From the UHGV virus genome UHGV-0085232: a stretch of DNA of 36,388 nt. The stretch is one strand, 5' to 3'. The translations under genes were made by a program, and so were the position numbers. The notes beneath the pieces are model-generated. The model did no database searches and was not told where the DNA came from. It was given only the letters and a program-made list of their open reading frames with translations. Positions 26,640 through 35,373 of the stretch are shown here, piece by piece; within the stretch, counting starts at the first letter, position 1; each line of letters begins with the position of its first letter. Source of the DNA: a virus.

Positions 26640-26822
26640 CTATCCAAGCCTAATATACACACCGTTTCGGACGGTTTTTGTTCCTGTAATGTAAGCCACT
26701 TCGCTAATAATAACTCCATCATCATCGCCATAATTGTCTTCGGGATATAGTATCGTTACTTCTTCTTCGTCTGGGAATTTCTCAAGACACTTCTTTAAAT
26801 CATTTACTGTCATCTTCATCAC
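26640..26822 (-). CDS. Hypothetical protein
   Basis: MTV.DL...L..FP...EV pattern of small phage proteins. Confidence 0.6.
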   Translation of the reverse strand: MMKMTVNDLKKCLEKFPDEEEVTILYPEDNYGDDDGVIISEVAYITGTKTVRNGVYIRLG

Positions 26823-26906
26823 TCCAATCTAATTTCACACCGCACCATTCACAATAACGGTGATTCGTGTTCGCGTGTATCCATTTTCCGCAGTTTGGGC
26901 GATGTA

Positions 26907-27122
26907 TCAACCTTCATCTTCAAACAGCTCCTTTACTTTTTCGTATGTCAATATTCTCTTTGTTAATATTTTTCGCCAAAACTCATAACCTTTCTCTCGA
27001 TTACCTCCCATGCCATACAACAGTACAGATACACCAATACACAACTCTGCTATAAGTTCAGACCCATATCCTTCAACCTTGTATTTTTCGATTTTTTCAT
27101 CATCAATCCTTAACTCAATCAT
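26907..27122 (-). CDS. Hypothetical protein
   Basis: SD AGGAGG; in operon. Confidence 0.55.
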   Translation of the reverse strand: MIELRIDDEKIEKYKVEGYGSELIAELCIGVSVLLYGMGGNREKGYEFWRKILTKRILTYEKVKELFEDEG

Positions 27123-27126
27123 CACT

Positions 27127-27423
27127 TTACCTCCTTGTATCAATCCACTCACCGTTATCGTATCTTATCCCTGTCTCGACATATATCTGCTCTGCCAGTG
27201 CGTCCGTACTGACATCATGCTTGCTGACTGCCGTAATCAGCTTACTGTACTCTTGAATAAACCGTGCCAGCCGCTTATTCTTCCAGCCGTATGTTTCCAG
27301 CATAACATATACCGGTATAACACTTATTACGTCCAATACTGTCTTTGCGGCATATGCCTTAAGCTTATCATCATCTCTAAGGCGTTTGCGCTCCGCCTTA
27401 TCCTTTAACTGCTTTTTCGTCAT
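27127..27423 (-). CDS. Hypothetical protein
   Basis: YGW..KRL.RF...ETGI motif; SD GAGG. Confidence 0.7.
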   Translation of the reverse strand: MTKKQLKDKAERKRLRDDDKLKAYAAKTVLDVISVIPVYVMLETYGWKNKRLARFIQEYSKLITAVSKHDVSTDALAEQIYVETGIRYDNGEWIDTRR

Positions 27424-27436
27424 ACTTACCTCTCCT

Positions 27437-27697
27437 TTAGATTCTACCCTTTAAAATATCCTGTTCATATATCCTTTGGACTTTGTTTTGCGCCGTTATC
27501 GTATCTTGCCTGCTTAATGTTCCGACCTTGCAGTTATAATACGGATCAAGCAGCATACCTATCGCGTTCCACTCTGCCGGAGTGTATGCTTTTTCCTGTA
27601 CCGCCTCATCATACGCCGTGCAAAACTCGTCCATATCCTTTATATACATATCTGCGTATTTGCTCGCAATTTTTGTTATTTCGTTAAAATCAATCAT
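27437..27697 (-). CDS. Hypothetical protein
   Basis: SD AGGAGG; in operon. Confidence 0.6.
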   Translation of the reverse strand: MIDFNEITKIASKYADMYIKDMDEFCTAYDEAVQEKAYTPAEWNAIGMLLDPYYNCKVGTLSRQDTITAQNKVQRIYEQDILKGRI

Positions 27698-27730
27698 GTG
27701 TACCTCCTATCGGACACCAAAGATACCACA

Positions 27731-27903
27731 GGTTACCAATGGTTGGTAACCCTATTTTTGGCTTACCTGTGCGGTTTGTGGGGTGTGGTTACCAAATTAC
27801 CACTTTTTTGTATTTTTTTCTATAGGAAAATATTTTTTTAAATTTACGTGTTTTCTATATAAAGACCTTAATTTTTTATGGTAACTTTGGTAACTTGGTA
27901 ACT
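27731..27903. other. Putative replication origin
   Basis: GGTTACCA / TGGTAAC repeats in both orientations around an AT-rich tract (27803-27878), at the 3' end of the helicase gene. Confidence 0.7.
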
Positions 27904-29744
27904 TCCTCATCATCAAACGGTGTTTTCCCGTGGTACGGGATAAGCTCATCCTCTTTTGGGAGATTGTCCAATCTAAGCCATACGCACCGCCTGCTTAGCT
28001 TATTTATTTTCTTTACTTTCGATTTTCGTCCCGGCTCTGCCTCAATCAGATTATTTGCATATAGCCATGATAGTGTAGCTGTCGGATTATAGCCTGCCTC
28101 GCTTAAAATTGATTTAAATTTTGACATGATTATGTACGCATACCAACTATCTACCGCGCCCCAAATCTCTGCGTTTTCATTGGTTGTGGGGACAAAGTGG
28201 TTATTATTCATCGTCACCACGTCCAACAGATATTCATAGGCACGTTTTGCCTGAGATACGTCCGTTTTTGTTGCGAGATACGGCTTTATATCGTCAACGG
28301 TCAAGTTCTTCCCGTCGTTAAAAATGCAGCGTGTGGCGAAATAATCGGCGGTAAGGATAATCGATGCCGCAATTGATTGCTTATCCGTAGATTCGGATTG
28401 CTGCAATATTTTAGTGTATTCCTTTTGCTTGTCGCGTATTTCGTCCATTGTCTTATCGTTGCTGATATATTCCACGAATTTCCGACCTGCGTAGCCGTAA
28501 TTCTTTTTTATCGTTTCCGCAATATATACGGGATCGTCAAATATCTTGTCGGTATATTCAACATCAATTATTCTGTTGACAGCGCCGCCGCCCGAAGCAG
28601 TACTTGACAAAGGCATTTCCCCCGATGTAAGTATGCAGTTGCTCCATGTGCCGGTCTTTTGCAGACCGCCTGTTTTTGCGCCTCTTTGTCTGCCTACGCC
28701 CTCGGTAAGCTGATATATAGTCTTGTCGAAATCCTTTTTCTCCTGTACGATTTGCAGCTCATCAAGTATCAACGGCAAGCTGTTACAGAATGTTGCCGAT
28801 AACTCTTGCGCTACACCCGTACTGTTAAAACTATGTATATAGTCGCCCATGCGCGGATTTGCCCATACAGATGCTGCAACCATAAGCGCCACGGTTTTAC
28901 CTCCCTCGGTATTGCCCCATAAATGGACGAAAAAGGGAAGAGCGCCGCAAGGCTCTACAAGCACGCTTGCAAAGGACGCAGCAAGCATTATCCTTGCCGG
29001 TACACTGCTGCCATGCCTTACGATGTCAGCAACTTCAAGCCACTTTTCATATTTTCCGCAAGCCCTGACCGATTCGAAAAAATGCTTAAAGCTTGTTTCG
29101 CCGTCAAATACAAGATTATCAACATACGGCGAAAAATCATAATCATCAATCCACCCCAAGCGTCCTACACTGTTAAGCTCAGGAATCTTATCATAGTTCA
29201 GCGCCTCGATGTCGGTTAAATATCTCACCAAAAGGCGGCTGTTTTCCGAATTTACGGCGATACCGAAATCTGCAAGCTGTATAATCGATGAATTGCTTGC
29301 AAGAACCTTTTTATCAACAATGGTGCTGCGCCACCGTGTTCCTTTCCTGTATGCAATTTTCAGCTTCTCAGTGCCGGAATCTATATTATATAACCTTTGC
29401 ACCGGCATGATCGGGTGTGTGCAGGCAACGCCCTCGCCTCTGTATCCGTCATTTATGGTGACGCCGTAATCGTCACAGGTCCAATCTCCGCAATCCAGTG
29501 CAAATTCCTGCCCGGTAAAGTTTGTTGCGCTCAATCCGTATATATTTCCGTTTTTTGCACTTACATACGCTTTGTAAAGTGACTTGAAATTTTTCACTTT
29601 TTCAGCAGATGCCACCTCGTCCATTCGCTCGGTTAATTGCAGCGATTCAAATTTATTGCTTGCGTTTTCCTCCAGCCATTCATACGGTTTTGATGTAAAC
29701 AAAAAATCCTCTTTTTTAAATGGCGGTATTTGTTTTTCCTCCAA
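27876..29744 (-). CDS. DUF927-domain replication ATPase/helicase
   Basis: HLWGNTEGGKT Walker A, LILDE Walker B and G.GR.RG motifs; TTG start after SD GGAGGTG. Confidence 0.85.
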   Translation of the reverse strand: MEEKQIPPFKKEDFLFTSKPYEWLEENASNKFESLQLTERMDEVASAEKVKNFKSLYKAYVSAKNGNIYGLSATNFTGQEFALDCGDWTCDDYGVTINDGYRGEGVACTHPIMPVQRLYNIDSGTEKLKIAYRKGTRWRSTIVDKKVLASNSSIIQLADFGIAVNSENSRLLVRYLTDIEALNYDKIPELNSVGRLGWIDDYDFSPYVDNLVFDGETSFKHFFESVRACGKYEKWLEVADIVRHGSSVPARIMLAASFASVLVEPCGALPFFVHLWGNTEGGKTVALMVAASVWANPRMGDYIHSFNSTGVAQELSATFCNSLPLILDELQIVQEKKDFDKTIYQLTEGVGRQRGAKTGGLQKTGTWSNCILTSGEMPLSSTASGGGAVNRIIDVEYTDKIFDDPVYIAETIKKNYGYAGRKFVEYISNDKTMDEIRDKQKEYTKILQQSESTDKQSIAASIILTADYFATRCIFNDGKNLTVDDIKPYLATKTDVSQAKRAYEYLLDVVTMNNNHFVPTTNENAEIWGAVDSWYAYIIMSKFKSILSEAGYNPTATLSWLYANNLIEAEPGRKSKVKKINKLSRRCVWLRLDNLPKEDELIPYHGKTPFDDEEVTKLPKLP

Positions 29745-29746
29745 TT

Positions 29747-30283
29747 TTAACTCACCTCCATGCAATCTAATTCGTATTCGATTATAGACTGCTCATTGAC
29801 AGCCTTAACGTATGCGTCAAATATCTCATCATCAGGGGCGGCAGGCTTTAAGTTCCGTATAATAATATCGTTGCATACCCATTGATTGATAAGCCTGTCA
29901 TACTCGATTTCTTTACCTTTGCGCTCTTTTTGCTTTGCATTTATTGTTTGATTTAAATCGTTAAAACGTCTTTGAGTTTTGATTTTATCCCTGTATGACG
30001 ATTTGGTGGTCGCTACGGGCAAATTAAAATCATGTATAATTATCTCTGCCGCTTGTTTAAAATCCGCACCAAACAAATATTTGACAAAATCAATATTGCT
30101 GCCGCCGCGTCCGCAGCCGAAACAGTGCCAGCCCTTGTTTTCTTTATAGATTTTCAAAGACGCTGTTTTTTCCGAATGGAACGGACAGGTGATAAAGCCT
30201 GCCCGATTTATTGTAAATCCGTATCGTGTACATATATCCTGCATCGATACGCTTTGCCGTATCATTTCCGCCAAACTATTCAT
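29747..30283 (-). CDS. CHC2 zinc-finger protein (primase zinc-binding domain only)
   Basis: CPFHSEKTAS...WHCFGCG. Confidence 0.85.
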   Translation of the reverse strand: MNSLAEMIRQSVSMQDICTRYGFTINRAGFITCPFHSEKTASLKIYKENKGWHCFGCGRGGSNIDFVKYLFGADFKQAAEIIIHDFNLPVATTKSSYRDKIKTQRRFNDLNQTINAKQKERKGKEIEYDRLINQWVCNDIIIRNLKPAAPDDEIFDAYVKAVNEQSIIEYELDCMEVS

Positions 30284-30734
30284 TTTTTAAAAGCCTCACA
30301 ATCTCCGCCCCGGTATGTTGTTTGTCGCAAAAATGCCATTCGACACCGTATTTTATGGCGATTGTACGCATGACCTTGTATAATCTTTTGCCGTCCCATG
30401 CATACGGCGTTTTGTCAAGCTGCGGATTGTACCAGTTCTGCACGTCCTCAAGCGTCTGTATACCCTTTCCATGCTCGCACAGAATAATCAGCTTTATACC
30501 GAACTTATCGGCACGCTTTAATTCGCCGACAAATCTTTCATGCTGATGACATAGATTTGAGTATATTTCCCTCAAATCCTGTTTTCGGTCAACGATAACA
30601 CGCGGATTGTCCATATTCATATAATCACCGACAAACAGTTTACTGCTGCAATACTGTATGCCGCACTTATCGAAATGTGCAAGTATCTTTTTTATCGCAC
30701 GCGCTTTTTCTCTTGTATCAATTTGTATATCCAT
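30276..30734 (-). CDS. ERCC4-domain nuclease (likely resolvase)
   Basis: IDTRE, KLFVGDY and DRKQ motifs. Confidence 0.85.
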   Translation of the reverse strand: MDIQIDTREKARAIKKILAHFDKCGIQYCSSKLFVGDYMNMDNPRVIVDRKQDLREIYSNLCHQHERFVGELKRADKFGIKLIILCEHGKGIQTLEDVQNWYNPQLDKTPYAWDGKRLYKVMRTIAIKYGVEWHFCDKQHTGAEIVRLLKNE

Positions 30735-30748
30735 ACTTCATACCCCCG

Positions 30749-31156
30749 TTAAAATGGCAAATCGCTCTCGATAGGGACGGAAGTCAAATCATCAAAACCG
30801 GTTGGATCGCTTTGGGCTTGCTGTTTTGGCTGTCCGTTATTCTTTGAACCCGTAAATGTCACATTGTCTATTACTACCTTTACGGCACTTCGGGTTGTCC
30901 CGTTATCGTCCCATTTATCCACCTGCAAATGCCCGTCAATAACGATAAAATCGCCTTTTTTAAAATATTTGAACAAAATATCGGCAGTACCGCGCCATGC
31001 AGTACAGTTAAAGAAATCTGCGTCATACTCATCTTTGTTATTTTTGTAGTTGCGCTGTACCGCAATACATACATTGGCAACACTTGTACCGCTGTCAAGC
31101 GTTCTCATCTCAACCTCTGTTGCCAACCGTCCGCATAAACATACTTTATTCAGCAT
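30749..31156 (-). CDS. ssb: Single-stranded DNA-binding protein
   Basis: MLNKVCLCGRL OB-fold start and C-terminal DLPF. Confidence 0.95.
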   Translation of the reverse strand: MLNKVCLCGRLATEVEMRTLDSGTSVANVCIAVQRNYKNNKDEYDADFFNCTAWRGTADILFKYFKKGDFIVIDGHLQVDKWDDNGTTRSAVKVVIDNVTFTGSKNNGQPKQQAQSDPTGFDDLTSVPIESDLPF

Positions 31157-31913
31157 AATAGTCTAATTCCTCCATATCTATCGGTGCCGTCAGAACTTTT
31201 GTGTGCTTGCAATAATCGCAGTGTTCGCAGCGCTCGGGGAGTATATATCCCTCCTTGATTGCATTGTATCTTACGATATTTGACCGTATAAATTCTTTAG
31301 CAGCCTCGATGTTTTCCTGCGGTATCTGTATTATCGCAATATCAGGGACGGTTTCTTTGGTTGCCGCCGCGATGTAAAAGGGTAGGTTGTTACCCTCAAT
31401 CATCTGATAAAATGCCGCTTGTATGTCATATTCCCAAGCCTCAATAAAGTTTAATCTGCCCTTGCCGGCAACATATACCGGCTCAAAATCTTTCATGATT
31501 TTAAGGTCTACAATCTTCTTGCCGGGAAAATAACTGTCCATTTTTATCTTAACGGGTATACCCTCGATTTCGCCCGTTTTTATAACCTGTTTTTCGCCCG
31601 ACATAAAGTCCATAAATAGACTGTCACGCTCGATTCGTTGGATAATTGTGTCTGCTTTTCGGTATTCACTTTTTAACTCACCGTTTCGGGTGAAAATCTG
31701 CGGATTCTTTGCCTTGAAAACGTCCAACGTTCCCTCAAAGTGTGCGTCCACATATGACCCTACCAGTAATGATACAGTTTTCTCCCTCTCAAATTCGCCC
31801 ATGATTTCTGCCATAGCGGCCGCCTCGCATTTTTCAAACGCTTTAAATTGCGATGCACCCATATACATTTTTTGTGCCTCGGGCGAAAAGTAGTTTTCCT
31901 GTGTTAATATCAT
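31146..31913 (-). CDS. PD-(D/E)XK exonuclease (DUF3799/RecE-like)
   Basis: LT.ENYFS, K.KMD, IVDLK, Y.IQ.A.Y and C-terminal CEHCDYC. Confidence 0.85.
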   Translation of the reverse strand: MILTQENYFSPEAQKMYMGASQFKAFEKCEAAAMAEIMGEFEREKTVSLLVGSYVDAHFEGTLDVFKAKNPQIFTRNGELKSEYRKADTIIQRIERDSLFMDFMSGEKQVIKTGEIEGIPVKIKMDSYFPGKKIVDLKIMKDFEPVYVAGKGRLNFIEAWEYDIQAAFYQMIEGNNLPFYIAAATKETVPDIAIIQIPQENIEAAKEFIRSNIVRYNAIKEGYILPERCEHCDYCKHTKVLTAPIDMEELDYYAE

Positions 31914-33340
31914 AGGTAGTGTACCTCCATTTCATTGTCATTGGTTGTCCGTGTTGCAATAAACTGCAGCCCTTTTTCCTTGCATTTTTCATATAATTTC
32001 TGTCTGTTCTCATCGGATAATTTTTCGGCACCGTCTATCAGTATAATCTGTAATGCGTTTGGTTTTGAAAGAGCAACGTCAACGCAAAGACTTAATTGCT
32101 CACCCTCCGAAAGATTTGATACCGGCAAGCCGTGTATCAATGGTATTCCGTCCTCAACCGTGAATCCCTCGATCGGGATTGTAGCTGTCTTTAAGATTAT
32201 CCCCGGAAGATTTCTGGCAAGCTCGATTTTTCTCGTCAGCTCGTCTGATTCTCTTGTCAATTCTTCCGTTTCCTCCCGCATTTTTACCATACGCTTATAC
32301 TCATTCAGGTGCTTTATCATGTTCTCAGCCTCTTTGATTTCCGCCTCTAATTCAGTGCAGTCGGTAAGCTCCATGTCTGCATATTTATCGGCAACTCCCA
32401 AATCAGATTCAAGTTTTGATATTTTTTCGTTGTACTCGCTCATGATAACTGCTTTTTTATCTTCCAGCTTTTCGGGCAGACCGTTGAGCGTAACTTCCAG
32501 CGCCTGTATGTTCGCCTTAAGCTTTTCAATGTCTGTAAGGATTGTTTCACGCTCTGCCGAAATTGTTTTATCAAGCGCCGTTAATGCGATTTCCTTTTCC
32601 GCCTCAATTCCTCTGCGCTTACCGTCACCGCTTTCGCGAAATGTTTTTGCCCTTGATATTGTGTTGTTTTTTGTGCGTATTTCTTCAAGCTCGCGGTATT
32701 TTGCTCCTATGTCGTAATGTTCCCACATATCGGCATTGTAATTGTCAGGGATAGATTGAGCAATGTCATGAATAAAAGCGGTTTTGTTTCTTATATCACG
32801 GTTTATATCCTGTCTGTGGCGGAAATATTCGCCTTTTTCGGACTGTATGTCATTTAACACTTGCAGGATATTTTGTTCGTAGTTTATGCCCTTAGGAAGT
32901 TCGCCGAATTGTTCTACAATCCAGTTCAGATCCCAATCGAATTTTATCAAATCCAAAATTGTGCGGTTCTGATCCTGCTTTGACATCTGTGTAAACTCAA
33001 CAGGGTTTAATTGCAGAGGTGTAAAGATTTGTTTTAAAAAGCTTTCGGGACTTGCGACTTCTTTACCGCCCTCTTTTACCGACTTGTAATCGGCTTGCTG
33101 TGTACGTTTTTTTCTGTTTATGTAGAGTCCCGAGTCGGTTTCAATTATGATTTCACCTTCGTTTTCGCCCTTTTTGATGATATATTCACGGTCGGAGTTG
33201 TTTGTCAGTCCGTATTTTATAGCGTCGATAACAGAGGTTTTCCCGGCACCGTTTGTACCTGTCACTTCTATCGATCTTCCGTCAAGCTCTTGTTCGGCAA
33301 TCCCGAACAGGTTTTTAATCTTAATTTTCGTGGTTTTCAT
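31910..33340 (-). CDS. SMC/SbcC-like ABC ATPase with coiled coil
   Basis: GTNGAGKT Walker A, LSEGE signature and ILIDG Walker B. Confidence 0.85.
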   Translation of the reverse strand: MKTTKIKIKNLFGIAEQELDGRSIEVTGTNGAGKTSVIDAIKYGLTNNSDREYIIKKGENEGEIIIETDSGLYINRKKRTQQADYKSVKEGGKEVASPESFLKQIFTPLQLNPVEFTQMSKQDQNRTILDLIKFDWDLNWIVEQFGELPKGINYEQNILQVLNDIQSEKGEYFRHRQDINRDIRNKTAFIHDIAQSIPDNYNADMWEHYDIGAKYRELEEIRTKNNTISRAKTFRESGDGKRRGIEAEKEIALTALDKTISAERETILTDIEKLKANIQALEVTLNGLPEKLEDKKAVIMSEYNEKISKLESDLGVADKYADMELTDCTELEAEIKEAENMIKHLNEYKRMVKMREETEELTRESDELTRKIELARNLPGIILKTATIPIEGFTVEDGIPLIHGLPVSNLSEGEQLSLCVDVALSKPNALQIILIDGAEKLSDENRQKLYEKCKEKGLQFIATRTTNDNEMEVHYL

Positions 33341-33839
33341 TGTTCATACTCTCCTTTTTTCTTTTTTCTTCTGCGGCACAATCAGAGCATAATTTTTTGC
33401 CGTAGTTTCCCATTGTATATCTCGCCAGCTCCTCAACCGACAATCCTCCGTACGGTTGCAAGCTCTTTCCGCAGCATTCGCACTTTATTGCAACCGGTGC
33501 GGTTTGTGTCGGTATTTTGGGGGTTATCCTTAATGCATCTGATAATTTTCCAAAGGCTTTTACCTGCTCAAAACCAATCTCGATGCATTTTCCTTTTAAT
33601 TTTTCACTGTCTTTTGTCTTGTATAGCTTGGCAATTGTTTTTTTGTTTGTAAGATTCAGAATCATGGGTTTGACCTGCTCTTTAAAATGGCAGACCGTCA
33701 CACGCTCCTCGCGTCCTTGATTAACAACGTCCTCATCACATATATCATCAATCGTAACGACAATCTTTTTATTCGGGCGGTCGTATAAATCCCACGAACC
33801 GAGGAAATTTGGATTTTTTCCCATCAGCATAATGTCCAT
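33321..33839 (-). CDS. Hypothetical recombination-module protein with a C-terminal zinc ribbon
   Basis: KPMILNLTN motif; CECCG...LCSDC; lies before the ATPase/exonuclease/ssb genes. Confidence 0.7.
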   Translation of the reverse strand: MDIMLMGKNPNFLGSWDLYDRPNKKIVVTIDDICDEDVVNQGREERVTVCHFKEQVKPMILNLTNKKTIAKLYKTKDSEKLKGKCIEIGFEQVKAFGKLSDALRITPKIPTQTAPVAIKCECCGKSLQPYGGLSVEELARYTMGNYGKKLCSDCAAEEKRKKESMNNENHEN

Positions 33840-33840
33840 C

Positions 33841-34068
33841 TTATTTTCCCCCTCTTTTGGTGTCGGAATCTTTAAAACTTAACCGTACACAGTTTACTTC
33901 TGTCCTTGGGTATACAAATTTAATCATTTCCGATATTATATATTTTTTATCCATTCTTGTTTTGCCGGCAATATCAAGCACCATAGCCGCCGCCTCTGCG
34001 TCAATTCTTACGACCATGCCCTCTCTTGATACTGTATCTTCTGCAATATTAAATATTAATTTATCCAT
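33841..34068 (-). CDS. Small putative ribbon-helix-helix protein
   Basis: VVRID followed by two helices; SD AAGAGGTG. Confidence 0.55.
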   Translation of the reverse strand: MDKLIFNIAEDTVSREGMVVRIDAEAAAMVLDIAGKTRMDKKYIISEMIKFVYPRTEVNCVRLSFKDSDTKRGGK

Positions 34069-34083
34069 TTTTTAATTCACCTC

Positions 34084-34112
34084 TTGACTTTCCATGCGCT
34101 CTGTGTTATAAT
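34084..34112 (+). promoter_or_regulatory. Antisense sigmaA promoter in the early operon
   Basis: TTGACT-17-TATAAT with extended TG. Confidence 0.8.
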
Positions 34113-34118
34113 CAAGGT

Positions 34119-34176
34119 AAGTGGAACTCACCTCTTGTCCGTTGTCGTTGCGCATTTTTGACAACGGACTTTTTTT
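34119..34176 (+). ncRNA. Putative ~57-nt antisense sRNA
   Basis: Promoter, short single-stranded 5' part, perfect 10-bp stem GTCCGTTGTC/GACAACGGAC, then 7 T. Confidence 0.7.
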
Positions 34177-34429
34177 ATTCCCATTCCGGCACACATAATT
34201 CCTGTCCCGGATATATCGCGTAATCTTCCAGACTGTTCTTATTCGCGATAATCTGTACCGTGTGCCTGTAATCTATATTCTCCGGTGTGATTTTTTGCGC
34301 TATATCACACACCGTATCGCCGCAGCTTACAATGTACGTGTCGTACCCTGTCGGCTTGTCCCTTGTCCTCGAGCCTGCAATCAAGAGTGCTATCACTATG
34401 ACTGCGGCTATTGCTATGTATTTTTTCAT
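34175..34429 (-). CDS. TM-anchored LysM protein (YneA-like)
   Basis: N-terminal TM, then YIV..GDTV..IA...N......IYPGQ.L.VP. Confidence 0.8.
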   Translation of the reverse strand: MKKYIAIAAVIVIALLIAGSRTRDKPTGYDTYIVSCGDTVCDIAQKITPENIDYRHTVQIIANKNSLEDYAIYPGQELCVPEWE

Positions 34430-34463
34430 TGGTTGTCACCTCTTATTCCGCTATCTTCCTTTC

Positions 34464-34808
34464 TTACTCTGCTTTTTTAATCGGTATTATGTTCGGGCGT
34501 TCTTCCATTTCACCCTCCAGCGAATATTGCCCTTGCGTTTGCGCTGTCATCTCTATCAAACCGCTGTCTGACAAAAACAACGATGAATTTATCGGGAATG
34601 TAGGTTGTAAACTGCTCTTTACAACTGTTTGCATAACAATATGCTGCCTTGATTCATCGGGCAAAAGTTCCAGCGTGACCGTTATTTTTCTCTTTGCCCC
34701 TGCTTTGGTGTTGACATCGTTTATGTTTTCGACTACCTTTTGCAATTCATAGTTGATTCTCTCTGTTATAGCGCCCTGTGCACTATCAATTATACTTATC
34801 TCTTTCAT
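34464..34808 (-). CDS. Hypothetical early protein
   Basis: GAI.ER...EL.KV..NI.D.NT....KRKIT motif typical of phage early genes. Confidence 0.7.
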   Translation of the reverse strand: MKEISIIDSAQGAITERINYELQKVVENINDVNTKAGAKRKITVTLELLPDESRQHIVMQTVVKSSLQPTFPINSSLFLSDSGLIEMTAQTQGQYSLEGEMEERPNIIPIKKAE

Positions 34809-34820
34809 TGGTTTTCCTCC

Positions 34821-35036
34821 TTAACTCATGCTTGCCACATACCCGGCTAAGCTCCATAATGATACTTTGCCGGCTGATTCTTTGATTTTTTTTGCCTTTA
34901 ACAGCCGCCAAAACTGCTGATACGATATACCCAACACTTGCGCCGCCTCGGTTTTGCTTATTAACTCCGTAGCGATATTATGTTTTCTTTGCAGTATCTC
35001 ATAATAATCCCGTTGCCCGTATATTTCCCTCGGCAT
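34821..35036 (-). CDS. Excisionase-like HTH protein (71 aa)
   Basis: LISKTEAAQVLGISYQQFWRL; SD AAAGGAGG before ATG 35036. Confidence 0.7.
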   Translation of the reverse strand: MPREIYGQRDYYEILQRKHNIATELISKTEAAQVLGISYQQFWRLLKAKKIKESAGKVSLWSLAGYVASMS

Positions 35037-35056
35037 GATTGCCACCTCCTTTCAAA

Positions 35057-35143
35057 TTACCTGTGACGATTGATAATAATTAGTGCATTAATAATTAAAG
35101 ACGATACCGCAAACATAAGGGTAAGTGCTTCTAAATACGTCAT
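35057..35143 (-). CDS. 28-aa hydrophobic peptide, similar in pattern to holin-like type I toxins
   Basis: MTYLEALTLMFAVSSLIINALIIINRHR; SD GGAGGTG; first ORF of the early operon. Confidence 0.6.
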   Translation of the reverse strand: MTYLEALTLMFAVSSLIINALIIINRHR

Positions 35144-35314
35144 TTTGTTTCACCTCCAAATTTTTTTAACCCTTACAGGCGGTTGTTTGCGGCGACCGTC
35201 TGTTTCATTGTAGAACTGGACTTTAATTTCGCCGTCAATAACCAGTGTTACCGTGCCGCCGGCAAGCGAGCAGAGAGAGGTGAGTGTATATGATACACAC
35301 TAAATTGCAATTAC

Positions 35315-35343
35315 ATTGTATCATATGCACTCCGTTTTGTCAA
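35315..35343 (-). promoter_or_regulatory. Early (lytic) promoter
   Basis: TTGACA aaacggagtgcatatga TACAAT (17-bp spacer, extended TG). Confidence 0.85.
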
Positions 35344-35373
35344 ATATTTTTTGACGGAAAGGAGTATTTTTTT

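Noticed and set aside
376..34752. The many + strand ORFs in the track (e.g. 31935..32717, 22164..22655, 12465..12773)
   Set aside because: They lie antisense to well-supported genes and show no recognisable motifs.
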